Assembly: GCF_964204645.1 (NCBI RefSeq)
Contig: NC_134027.1
Location: 23,894,560-23,958,559 of the forward strand
Reading direction: 5' to 3'
Origin: Tubulanus polymorphus
Taxonomy: Eukaryota; Animalia; Nemertea
Length of the DNA: 64,000 nt
In this document: positions 1 to 11,475 of the stretch, piece after piece
Layout: every line of letters begins with the position of its first letter
How positions within the stretch are numbered: position 1 is the first letter of the stretch
Position numbers and translations under genes: made by a program
The notes under the pieces: model-generated
Seen by the model: the letters and a program-made list of their open reading frames with translations, nothing else
The model's database searches: none
Told to the model about the DNA's origin: nothing

Positions 1-226
1 AATTTGAAATTTTTGAAAATTTCTACCCTAGCGTGATGTATATATAATGAGCGTACAGGTATAGTGCAAATACACTGCGGTGCGGTGTACTCACTATTTC
101 ACAATATTTGACAGGTGCCGCCATCTTTCCAAAGAGAACTACTAACTACATCAATACATGATGATGCGGGGTACTTTCTAATCCATCACCGATTCATACA
201 CCGCACTACGGTGTAAACGCACTGAC
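1..226. mobile_element. Partial second copy of the piggyBac-like MITE
   Basis: Colinear with about 2790-3032 (tttgacaggtgc.gccatcttt, atccatcaccgatt.atacaccgcact.cggtgta). Confidence 0.8.
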
Positions 227-382
227 CCTAAATGTTTGAGACTAAACTTGGACTACAAAGAAGTTCTCAGACAAGGGTTGATTCAATCGAGAAGTTCAAA
301 CTACTCTATTCAAACAACGGGTGCGCCAAAATAACGATAACGAAGTCGTTTATTAAAAAAAAAAAAAACGTGACGTACGTAC

Positions 383-460
383 CAGATCTTTATTTTCAGT
401 TGTCGGTTTCATGTGTAAATGATGCATCATCGCTTGCAGACGTTCGCGTTCTTTATTTAG
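383..460 (-). CDS. FoxP: FoxP exon, end of leucine zipper (LNKERERLQAMMHHLHMKPTTENKDL); gene continues off the left edge
   Basis: 78-nt phase 0/0 exon with acceptor ttcacag and donor GTACGT. Peptide resembles FOXP2 LSKERERLQAMMTHLHM. Confidence 0.95.
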
Positions 461-745
461 CTGTGAAAATAAAAACGTATTCATTATTATCGGATCACCG
501 AAAAAACTAACGCGTCGTAAGAACGCGCTTTTTATCGACGTCGAATCAGGTTTTTCCATTTTCTAGAGCGCAGACGCAGGTTGCCGAACGACATACGCAC
601 TTCACGTGAAAAATGAGAATCACTCTGCAATGCGCCCTCAGACGGCCCTATGACTGCACTTACACTAGAAAGATCCGATTCGAGCCGCTAGCAAAGATTG
701 AGCAGAAATGTATTATCAACTTTACCGACATTTATCAACATTTAC

Positions 746-833
746 CTGTAGTTCCAACTGACTGACTACTTGCATTTGTACCCGTGCTTGAGCAGTACTG
801 CGATCATCCAAAACATGTTCGCTATTTATATGC
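746..833 (-). CDS. FoxP: FoxP exon, zinc-finger end and leucine zipper ((K)[29 protein letters not shown])
   Basis: Not in the ORF track; translated by hand. 88-nt phase 2/0 exon, acceptor ttgcag, donor GTAAAT. Matches the FoxP signature [16 protein letters not shown]. Confidence 0.96.
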
Positions 834-974
834 CTGCAATTTCAATTTAATATTTCAATATTTTTCCCTCTCAGGTTCATTCAGAACATATAATATATTT
901 CAACCCAGGGCATCGGTTGCACTGTTGCACTATTGACAACTAGAAACTACAAATACATAACGCAATCGCACTGA

Positions 975-1220
975 AAAGTGGTCTTCAATTGGTCTCGAAT
1001 CAAAATGATCACAGCTTAGCCTCAGGTTATGTTGTTAGAATGGCTGTAGAACCAAAATGAGCTAAGCTGGTCGAATGTAAGTAGATTGGTCACGAATCAA
1101 AATGAACACAACTGAGCCTCATTATATATTGTGAGATTGATTATAGAACCAAAATGAGCTTAGTCTGGTTTGAAGTTGTTATATTGGCTAAGGAACTGAA
1201 ATGAGCTTAGTTTGATCTTT
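975..1220 (-). repeat. ~47-bp repeat family (ccagtctaagctcattttggttctatagccaatctaacaacttaaga), reverse orientation
   Basis: Recurrent gaaccaaaatgagctta units. Confidence 0.75.
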
Positions 1221-1246
1221 AATCATACGTACAGTACAAGCTAGTA

Positions 1247-1545
1247 AAGCCTCGGACACACTGAGCGATTTCGTCAGCTGACAAAAAAATTGCCCAACTC
1301 ATTCGCCGGCGATTTTATGACCGATTTGATCGCCGACAGACCCGGACATACTGGGTGATTTCGTCAATCAGCGAACAGCACCGCTTATTTTGAAACGACC
1401 AACTGCAAGCACCACCTTGCTATCACGTGAACCGTCGAAGAGCCGTGATTGGCTGGTTAATACGGCGCTCGAGGTGACTGATCGCCGTACCCGGACACAC
1501 TGGGCGATTCCGTCGAACTGCCATAAAAAATCACTTGCCCATCTA
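1247..1545. repeat. Element with three ggaca(c/t)actg(g/a)g(c/t)gatt(t/c)cgtc subrepeats, probably transposon-derived
   Basis: Motif recurs near 1254, 1344 and 1492. Confidence 0.5.
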
Positions 1546-1597
1546 CAGAACAGCCTTTGTTGTCATGAAGAAATTTTCAAGAAATGTTTTCACTTAC

Positions 1598-1751
1598 TTG
1601 AGGAACGCGGGATGGTCGTCGCACGGACTATCGCACCCGGGCCATTTGCATACTCCGTGACCGTACAACGCTTTCAGCGGGTTGCGAGAATTCGGCTCTT
1701 CCGTCTTCATGGCAGCCACCGTGGAACCGGCGGCGTTATTCAACAAACCAC
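1598..1751 (-). CDS. FoxP: FoxP exon, C2H2 zinc finger ([24 protein letters not shown])
   Basis: 154-nt phase 1/2 exon, acceptor aattcag, donor [18 protein letters not shown] is diagnostic of FoxP. Confidence 0.97.
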
Positions 1752-1931
1752 CTGAATTAAGGATAAAAAGATCTAATTTAGCACGGGTCAAAAATGCTCA
1801 AGCGATCGCCGCTTGCATAGCGAGCTATCGCTGGTTTCGTCCTTCTTTTCTTAACAATTCTCTCTCCCACCCTCGCTCCCTCTCTATCTCGAGAATTGAA
1901 ACTAGAATTATAATTTCGACTGACGACGAAC

Positions 1932-2102
1932 CTGCTATTAGGTTATACGTATCGGGCGCCGCCCCGTTGAGAATCGGTAGTAAATTCGCCGCCGTCGAGT
2001 TGCCGTTCGTCGTCTGCTGTTGATTTTTAATCGCGTTCTCGTCGGCGCCGGTCTGCGCGGCGACCTCTTTCCAAAGCTGTTGAATTTCAGCCGGGCTCAT
2101 CC
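1932..2102 (-). CDS. FoxP: FoxP exon (GMSPAEIQQLWKEVAAQ...NLIA)
   Basis: 171-nt phase 1/1 exon, acceptor gtttcag, donor GTTCGT. SPAEIQQLWKEV is a conserved FoxP motif. Confidence 0.94.
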
Positions 2103-2743
2103 CTGAAACGGTGGATAATGAAAATTCTGAAATTTCAGTGCATTCTAATGCAATTTTCTAGCACTTGAGTGACACGAAAGAGAATATTAGCTAATTCTTG
2201 GGCACCGGGCCGATGCTCTATCAGTTATGGGCGGATAGAAATTGGGCTGAAAAATATTGCTGTCATTTATCAATACAGGCACAGGAAAATTGCGACGGGA
2301 GCACGCGTTCCTGGTGCTCGTTGGAGCCGCTCCTGATTCTAGGATCCTGTTTTTACCTCCGGATTGAAATAAACAATGACATAAATGTTTTAGCTCGAAA
2401 TACAACGCTATTTATACAGATGTACATGCGCGAAGCTTCCAACATCGTAATGACATGTTCGTTCGCCGCGCGCGCCAACCAGCCGGATACTAATAACACC
2501 TAATTTTCATCGCGGTAGTCCCCACAACGTGAAAATAAAAACAGAAAGAAGTTTACCGGGATTCGTACGCACGTCAATTTTCTCGAGAACGTATATACAC
2601 AACATGAGATAACATGTTATTATTACGTAACCGTTTCGATAGTTCTAACATAATAGGGTCGCGTCATACGATGCCCTCGGGGCTAGAGACATCGACGTTA
2701 CTCAAAATACGAGGCACAACAGGTAAGGTTGTCATCATATTAA

Positions 2744-3037
2744 CCCTTTCCGTGCTGACTAATTAATACCCTATAGTGCTTGAGAAAATGTGAAAATTTG
2801 GGAAAATTCCGCCCTAGTGTGTTGAATAACGGGAATAGCACTATAATGCGTCTACACCGTGGCGCGGTGTATCATTAGTTACTAATATTTAACTATGTTT
2901 GACAGGTGCTGCCATCTTTCAAGAGAGATAATTACTAATTACTGATTAAATCAATACACCTACACGGCAGCGCGATGTACTAGCAAAATCCATCACCGAT
3001 TTATACACCGCACTGCGGTGTAGATGCACTGAAAGGG
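2744..3037. mobile_element. piggyBac-like MITE
   Basis: TIRs CCCTTTC(C/A)GTGC flanked by TTAA at 2740-2743 and 3038-3041; no coding capacity. Confidence 0.85.
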
Positions 3038-4751
3038 TTAAGCATTGAAAATGAAGACAATGTCACGTTAATTTTCATGGCTAGAAACTACCTCAATACT
3101 AATCATCACCAATGACGGATATGGTTAAGAATTACAACAAATTAAAAACGAATTGGAAACAAATAACGGCCTTCTTATTCTCGATGCCATGACTTTTCAA
3201 ACAATTCATCAAAATTATGATTAGTTGCCAATGAATCAATCAGCAAAATTATGATTACCATTAGGCCTTTCATTATTTTCATCTTTTTTACCATTATATA
3301 AATATTAGTTTTCTAGTTTTGGTTCATGTCACTTTTCAAAACATTGTTTCGTTAACTTGATTGGCGGTGGGGAATTTTACTTCGGTTTTTTCGTTTCTTT
3401 TTTTTTAAATTTCAGGGTGTTTTTGGTACAGACTTAAGCTCAGGGATGTCCTTTCTATTACGTAGGTACAATGAATAAAACAAAGCAACATTCATCAAAT
3501 CTTGTATAAATATCGATAAATAAATATATTATATATTGAATATAGATTATATATATATATATATTATCATAAGAAATAAACTACAACCTCCTGAATCTCA
3601 ATGACTCGATTATTAACGTCGACCTTCGAATTCGCGACGGCTTCAAACCGGTGCGCGGTAGAGAAGAAAAACGACGAAGGTCTCGATGACACTTCGATAA
3701 CAATCAAAACGACTCGACGACGCAAACTATTCACGATAAGTCTCCCGAAACCAGCGCAAGGGAAGTATCGATAACCAGCGCGAGGGGAGTGCGGATAACC
3801 GCTCTCGCAACCATTCGCTATAAAACAACGCTTAAATTCTATTGTACGAAACAAAACAAAAATCGAAAATTGTTCCGTTTATTTTTTTTTCTTTTCAATG
3901 AAAAAACGACGGGATAAAAACAAACGCGAGAAAGGCGAATATTCGCAATCGACCAGACACCCTGGGTACCTCTCGATTAAAGTACAAACGTCCGCTATAG
4001 ATAGAGCGTCAACACCAACAACACCGGGGGGGGGGGGGCCCACCTACGAGATAACCTTGAAGCAAATTTATACCTAGTTACTACTGGCGACATCCCGATG
4101 AAAACACCTTACATAACCTTTTCTGTTCGAGAGGTAAAACTTTGCTCAATCTGGCGATATGCATCAAAAAAGGCATCAAATCATTTACTTAATATAGTGT
4201 GTAATTATCAGATCTCGATACTACAATTCCGCCTCATCTTTTGCATTATAATTTCATTATAATTATAATTATTATTATTATAAGTATTATATTACTGCTA
4301 TCACTATTATTATTATTTTTACTATTATCATAATTGTTATTATTATAAATATAATTATTATTAATACTATCATTATATTTTTTGTAATATGCTGTAATCT
4401 ATGCGCTACTTTTGTGCTCTGTGCAATGTTATTATAACTTGTGGAGTGAATAAACTGAAACTGAAACTGAATCTGAAACTGAAAGCGGGCAGAGCTATTT
4501 ACGTATAGATAAACAGGTCAAGGTTGTCGGTTACTTTTTTTCCGGGTACGTACTATGTAATTGTTGCTATTCACACGATCGACCGTTCGATTTGAAACGT
4601 TATATCGGAGAAAAAAAAACAAATAAATCGCCATTAAGCGGTTGTCACGCAGACGATGAGACGGAATCGTTGGTCAATGTCAACAATACCTCCGTCGTCA
4701 GCGCGTCAACATTTGCTTTTCGAAATATTCAAAATTGCGTTATCGTTAACG

Positions 4752-5030
4752 ACTTAAAACCAGTCTAAGTTCATTTTGGTTCAATAGTCTATCCAACAAC
4801 TTCGAGACAAGTCCAACCTCATCTTGGTTCTATAACCATTCTAAAATCCTAAATCTATACTCATTATGGTTCTATCGTAAATCTTACAACCTGAGACCAG
4901 TCTAAACTCATTTTGGTTCTGTAACTTAACTTATCTAACAACCTGAGACCAGTCTAAACTCATTTCAGTTCTAAAACCAATCTAACAACTTAAGACCAGT
5001 CTAAACTCATTTTGGTTCGAATAGCCAATC
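4752..5030 (+). repeat. ~47-bp repeat family array
   Basis: Recurrent ccagtctaaactcattttggttc units. Confidence 0.8.
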
Positions 5031-5727
5031 GTACAAATCCAATCGCAGAAAAGAATCCAAACTTTTTATTTTTCAGTTACACATTTTCATTATTGAAAAC
5101 ATCTGCCGATGAATACTTTTTTTTCCATTCTATCTCGCGGCAGACGACAACGATTTGATGAACTTTGAAAAAAAAAAACAATTACGAAATACTTCGAACA
5201 TTTCGGGCCTCTCGACGCGGTTGATTATTTTTTATTTTTTCGCGCAGCGTGGCGTCGCGCGATAGAAATTATCTAATAAATAGCGTCGCCATGACAACGC
5301 CGCAAAAGTACACAAGTATTACACGGGCGCGACTGATAATAACAAACTTAACCCCGGAGGAGAGAAGATCGATAAAATAAACAATAACCCCGAATGAATG
5401 AACACGACGCAGTTGAATAACTATTTGTCGATTCCACGTTCAACTAATCAAACGATGAAAAAAAACCACGCTCGTCAAAAATAACTTTTTTTTTCGTCCG
5501 GCGTTGAAAATAAAAATAACTTAGAAATAAACAGACTACAATGGCGCACGCGTGGTTTTAATCGCTTATATCAATAGTATCAGCTGCTGCCAAGAGCTGA
5601 TAACGCAATAGTCATAATTCATAGTTACCTGCAACAATACCAGAAACAATACCAGAACCTGCGCTGATTTAATAGATATATTCATTATGCTGATTTAATA
5701 GTGCAGTAGGTCACCTAATAAGTGAAG

Positions 5728-6432
5728 GTCCACAGTTGTATGGGTCTAACTTAATTCTGGATTCAGTTCCACAGTTGAGTGGGTATAATCTGACTCTACA
5801 TCCAGTTCATCAGTTGTGTGGGTCTAATTTAACTCTGTCTGGATCCAGTTCCACAGTTGTGTGGGTTTGATTTAACTCTGGATCCAGTTCCACAGTTGTG
5901 TGAGTCGAATTTAACTCTGGATCCAGTTCCACAGGTATGTGGGATTTTTGTTCACTCTCGATCCAGTTTCACAGTTGTGAGGGTTAAATTTAACTCTGTC
6001 TGGATCCAGTTCCACAGTTGTGTGGGTTTAATTTAACTTTGGATCCAGTTCTACAGTTGTGTGAGTTTTATTTAACTCTAGATCCAGTTCCACAGTTGTG
6101 TGGGTCTAATTTAACTATGGATCCAGTTCCACAGTTGTGTGAGTCGAATTTAACTCTGGATCCAGTTCCACAGGTATGTGGGATTTTTGTTCACTCTTGA
6201 TCCAGTTTCACAGTTGTGAGGGTTTAATTTAACTCTGTCTGGATCCAGTTCCACAGTTGTGTGGGTTTAATTTAAGTTTGGATCCAGTTCCACAGTTGTG
6301 TGGGTTTTATTTAACTCTAGATCCAGTTCATCAGTTGTGTGGGTCTAATTTAACTCTGGATCCAGTTCCACAGGTATGTGGGATTTTTGTTCACTCTCGA
6401 TCCAGTTTCACAGTTGTGAGGGTTTAATTCGA
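5728..6432 (+). repeat. 39-bp minisatellite array (actctggatccagttccacagttgtgtgggtttaattta)
   Basis: Visible tandem units, each with a CTGGATCCAG palindrome. Confidence 0.93.
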
Positions 6433-6597
6433 CCAATTGGACCCGAGACCTAATCGACTGCAATAAACCATAAACCAGGGGCTAACTAGGTTGACAATTT
6501 AGTGAGCCCACGGGTTATATGTAAATACCAGTCTATAAAACTGGCTCCAGCGTTTTTCCGCGGTTATCATAGAATTGCACAGCATAAAAATACTAAC

Positions 6598-6856
6598 CGG
6601 GTCCCATTCCGATATGCGGTAACATCGTGACCCCCTGCGACAGTAGAAACCTCTGCTGTTGTAGCTGTATCTGTTGCACTAATTGATGTTGTTGAAGTCG
6701 TAGCTGCGTCAACTGAGTGTCCACTTGTTTACCGTTGATTTTCTTGTCGCCCTGTTGTTGCTGCAGCTGCAGCAACTGCGCCTGTTGCAGCATGTTCATC
6801 TGTAGCTGTTCGTTCAAGTGTTGCAGCAGTTGCTCCTGCAGTTTATGCTGAGCCGT
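6598..6856 (-). CDS. FoxP: FoxP glutamine-rich exon (TAQHKLQEQLLQHLNEQLQMNMLQQ...HIGMGP)
   Basis: 259-nt phase 0/1 exon, acceptor gttacag, donor GTTAGT. In frame with the 1932-2102 exon. Confidence 0.92.
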
Positions 6857-7414
6857 CTGTAACGACGAGAGAATTTCATTTTTTAAAATAATACGATAAG
6901 ACCCGAGCGACACGAAACCAAATTCGGCGCAATAATATTCCTACATCGAGATATTCGATGAGAAATTATCCCACATTTCTATAAATCCAATGCGAATCTT
7001 CACTCGAACTTTAATCAAAATTATTAAATCATCGAATGGTTTTTTGAAGTCGTAAAACCCGTTACAATAATGTTTATACGCATTGATACCTAGCGTCGTT
7101 ATTCGAGGGGTTCTGTGCCAGTCGATATGCGCTACGTCATCAATACTAGCGTTTCGAAATATCGATACAATCGTGAATTTAGGCTCATTCATTTTGCACT
7201 TACACATATTCTATGACTTATTTTCGATTTGATAAATTTCAATGATTATTTTTGAGAGCGTGTGCACGACGACATCCGATATATTGGGGCTTCACTTTTT
7301 GCGGGCCGATACAATTCAATTCTCAATATATTCATATCCAAAATAAAATTGATCCACAACAATACATAACTTATATATTATGTCATTCATTGTCGACGAA
7401 ATTAAGCAATATAT

Positions 7415-7600
7415 TAGAATGATAACCACACTCAAACGTGAACAGATAATAAGACAAAAACCCACTATCTACGGATTAAATTAATTGACGATGATCTCTA
7501 GGGTGAGATCGAAACGTCGTGTCTTCTATATATTTTAGATTGAATAAATAAATTCTTGTTTTTAAATTCTTTTAATCTGTAGATAGTGGGTTTTTATCTT
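7415..7600 (+). mobile_element. Penelope-like hammerhead-bearing fold-back element with TSD
   Basis: Core TGACGA-tGATCTC tagggt GAGATC-GAAACGTC near 7487-7518, inverted tail copy at about 7416-7481, direct repeat attaagcaatatat at 7401-7414 and 7601-7614. Confidence 0.7.
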
Positions 7601-9459
7601 ATTAAGCAATATATGTTATTTTTCAAACCGCCAATAAACTTTCAAGGAGTCTTTATTCGATAGAAATTGTCCTACATTTTATAATTTGTGGCAGAAAACC
7701 CGATTGTTGTTCCCTTGATACTATTCTTCATCAATCAAAATGTATTAACAGGCAAACTGGTGTTATTCATGAGGTACCCAGTTCCGCAACAAGTTTAACT
7801 CATTCATTCCATTAAATTCGTTCATAAGTTACGTTCATGCTAAATCCATTAGGCCAGTTAATTGTTTTTGTGAAACCATTCCTAGGTTAAAACTAACCTC
7901 CAGCGCTTAAGGGTATTAATTAATCAGCGCTGGAAGGGGTCAGGGTTAAGGCACCTCGAATTTGAATAATTTTTAGCGATTTCAATCACAAGTAGAAAAA
8001 CAAATAGACGCACAGCGCAAGCACACACACACACACACACCGTGTCGTCATATGATCGTTTTTTTTTTCATAGCGGCTAAAATTGCGGCGTGTCATATTT
8101 TATTTCGATATCCAACACAACACAAGCCGCGCCATACATATTGGATAATACAAATTGATTGTATTATTATTCTAGTTCCTCCGACGATGACGTTTAGAAT
8201 TAACCTCGAAACTGCTAGAAAATAAACTGTTTCTACAAATCTAGCGTGGGTTTTTATTCGTTAACTATACTGAGATTTATATCAGCGATCACTACGGTCT
8301 ATTTTGTGTACTTTGTCATCCAAAAATCAAGCGAAGATAGGATCGCTTTATCTTAAATCGCTCAAACCAAATTCGAGGTTAATTGTCCCCCTCGAACTAC
8401 TGAATGCTGCTCAGAGGACATTATTAGCAGGTTCCAAATTTCTTTTTTTCCATTAAAGTAGAAGCTACTCGGAAAATAGAACATTCCGATATAGCTCCCT
8501 CCAATAGTACATGTATCGTAAATAGTGCACGCGTATTGTTATGTATTGATGATAACGGTAGCTATGTTTTAAAATGCGTTTATTTCTTGTCATTCGATAG
8601 ATTACAAATACTCTTTTCGCCTCCTTGAATGAAAATAAATCCGATTCGAAACCGATGCCACCAGCGGGATTCAAACCCAGAACGGAAAACTGCGCAGTTT
8701 CCAACGCATAGCCGACATTTTCGAAGTCGTCCCGCGTAAACATTTCCGCCTGTTTTTCAGAGATTTCGAAGACTCTTTTTCGTCCTTAGCGTGAAATGAA
8801 TCTAACGAATTCACTTCAAACCCACGAACCAAAAACTGAGACCCGGAAAACTGCGCCGATTCCAACGCTTATACCCGCCTCTCCCCCCAGCCCCCATTTT
8901 CGAAGTCGCCCGCAAAAACACGCGGCATATTCCAAGGACGTTTCCATACTCGTAACGGCTTACGCTGCATTTTAAAATTGATTACAACGCTCACCGCAAT
9001 AAGTGTTTTTCTATTGACGACGTACTTTTTCGAGAGTGTCGCCCCGAGTGGCGACTAACAGCGAATTCAGTCGGCCGAAAGTGTTTTTTCTGTTGTTATT
9101 TTTTTTCCCGAAACGTGTCAACAACATTCGAATTGATTACAGTAGAGTATAGTCGATTTCGGTCGAAACGCACTCGAACGGCGCCCTCTACGCGGGCGCG
9201 CACGAAAACATTTACACTCACCGCGCGCGAGAATCTATCGATTTCTCGTTTTTAAAAACGCGATAAACACGATCGATCGGTCGGTCGGTCAGGGGCGAAG
9301 GTAATATCGATGATTCCATACGGAAACAGCTGCGAAGGTGTTTTATAACTGGCAATGAATTAATACATCTCTCTATGTACATAATACATTGTATCGCCTC
9401 CGAGGCGTCACGAGAATAGGTTCGGCGTAAAAGTCCGAATTTAAACGGCGCGGACCGAC

Positions 9460-9626
9460 GATCACCTGACGACGATCGCTAGGATGAAATCGAAACGTTG
9501 TGTATTTTATATATTTTAGATTGTTCGAATAAGTAAATTCTTGGTTTTAAAATTCTTTTAATCTGTAGATAGTGGGTTTTTATCTTATTATCCGTTCACC
9601 ACGTTTGAGTGTGGTTATCGTTCTAT
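9460..9626 (+). mobile_element. Second copy of the same hammerhead-bearing family, direct orientation
   Basis: cacCTGACGA...GAAACGTTgtg followed by the same tail as about 7525-7600, continuing into the segment that is inverted at 7416-7450. Confidence 0.7.
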
Positions 9627-9904
9627 CCAGTGCAGCCTGTTGCAAAGCTACAGAAGTAGATGATTGAACCTACATATATATATATTCTCATCAGAGATTG
9701 ATAATGAATACTATTTAACGTTTTAGTGCGTATTTTCACTGGGGTCATTCCCGCGAAGAAAATTAACGATTCTAATTGCTTATGGCAACCTTTAAATTTT
9801 TACTATGTGAAATTGACGTGGAACTGGCCCTTGCTGGTGAGGCTGCTGTGTCAAGGCTTTCATATGAGCGCTCAAAACCGTCGTATTCGTTATTTCGAGA
9901 ACTT

Positions 9905-10065
9905 GGGTGTCTAGTGTATAATAAGCTATTGGGTTCAAATCCCACTATAACCGTTTTTGTGCAGCATGCGAAGTGTCATGGTGGATTCGGGCGGCTTGAG
10001 GAGTAATAGGCAGGGTGGATGCAGGCGTTATTGGGTTAAACGACCCGAGTTGGGCTTTACACAGA
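9905..10065 (+). mobile_element. Possible tRNA-derived SINE fragment
   Basis: B-box GGTTCAAATCC at 9932-9942 after an A-box-like gtctagtg; no full cloverleaf. Confidence 0.3.
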
Positions 10066-10103
10066 TCTCGTCACCAGTTACTACGACGACGTAGTCGTCT
10101 TAC

Positions 10104-10274
10104 CTGTTGAAGAATCATCGATTGTTGTTGTTGATTTCGTTGAACATGAGGCGACACGGACAGCAGCTGCTGTTGCAGTAACTGCTGCACCTGTTGCTGG
10201 TTGATACCCTGTTGCATCAGCAGCAACGACTGATGCGGAAAATCCATCAGGTTTTTGCTTTTACGTTTCGTCTT
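10104..10274 (-). CDS. FoxP: FoxP glutamine-rich exon (KTKRKSKNLMDFPHQSLLLMQQGINQQQVQQLLQQQLLSVSPHVQRNQQQQSMILQQ)
   Basis: 171-nt phase 0/0 exon, acceptor ttttttcag, donor GTAAGA. Resembles FOXP2 ITPQQMQQILQQQVLSP. Missed by the ORF track. Confidence 0.9.
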
Positions 10275-10307
10275 CTGAAAAAAACAAAACCGAGACGGAT
10301 AAACTTA

Positions 10308-10597
10308 AGCCGCGATTACACGGAGACGATTTGGCGCCTGGGCCAAATTGGCACAGATCAGACCCAAGTCAAATTTGGCCCGTGCCTAATTAGAGAGCGT
10401 GTTCACACGCAAACCATTCACTCTATACTAAACAATGCTCAAACAAAGCGAGTAATTTCCAGAACCAGTTGCAACAATTCAAACGCAATCATTTGACCTA
10501 TGCTAAACTTGGCTCGGGCCTGGTCTGACGTTTTTGGTCGGGCCAATTTTGGGCCAGGCCAAACGGGCACTGACTCATTTGGCACCCGTGTGAACAG
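10308..10597. mobile_element. Dispersed non-autonomous element family (relatives at ~14040-14250, 23240-23372, 25915-26335, 43310-43480, 47868-47990)
   Basis: Shared gccgcgattacacggagacgatttgg ... gtcaaatttggcccgtgcctaattagagagcgtgttcac blocks in both orientations. Confidence 0.7.
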
Positions 10598-11019
10598 CAG
10601 TTGTTCCATGTGTGTCGAATGAGTGAAAAGCTGAAATGTTGTTACGGTTTCATTTCATCGAATTTCATCGCATAAAAATTTAATAACTGGACTCATTCAT
10701 TTATCTACTTGACGTAGTTTAGAGTGTTCCAATCAACCCAACTAGCCCTGTATAAATATTTAGTAAAAACTAACCCAAAATTTCTGTTTGTTTTGTGAAA
10801 ACTGGGCCACATTAAACATACCGCTGAAATTTTTTTCCCTTTTTCCGAGGAAAGATCAACAAAAATATTTCGATAAGTGAAATTTATCCGCGGAGAGTAG
10901 AGAGGAGGATATACAATTACGACAATAATTTTTCTCGCATGATTCGAAAATCGCGGTCGCGCATTGGTGGAAAGTTTACAAAAAAAAACAACAACGTATA
11001 TCTAACGCAGGTGCATCTT

Positions 11020-11475
11020 TTGAGAGAGAGAGAGGAGAGAGGTGAGAGAGAGGAAAGAGGGGAGAGAGGGTGAGAGAGGAGAGAGAAGGGAGAGGGTTAG
11101 AGAGGGAGGAGGGTGAGAGAGGTGGGAGGGAGGGTGAGAGGAGGGGGAGAGATGGAGTGTGAGAGAGGAGAGAGAGATGAATGGGTGAGATGAGGGGGGA
11201 GAGGGTGAGAGGAGAGGAGGGGAGAGATGGAGGGTGAGAGAAAAGAAGAGGGGGAGAGATGGAGGGTGAGAGAGGAGAGAAGGGGAGAGATGGAAAGGGT
11301 GAGATGAGGGGGAGAGAGGGTGAGAGAGGAGGGGGAGAGATAAAGAGGGTGAGAGAGGAGAGGGGGAGAGATGGAGGGTGATAGAGGAGAGAAGGGGAGA
11401 GGGTGAGGGTGAAAAGAGGGAGAGATGGAGAGGGTAAGAATAGGAGGAGGGAGAGATGGAGAGGGTAAGAGAGGC
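11020..11475. repeat. Purine-rich GA low-complexity tract
   Basis: About 450 bp of G/A with recurrent ggagagatggagggtgagagagg. Confidence 0.93.

Noticed and set aside
1-382. Forkhead DNA-binding domain exons
   Set aside because: Not seen in the window; they must lie beyond the left edge.
5728-6432. CRISPR-like regular repeats (also the 56-, 63-, 31- and 16-bp arrays)
   Set aside because: Units are head to tail with no unique spacers, there are no cas genes, and the context is eukaryotic introns.
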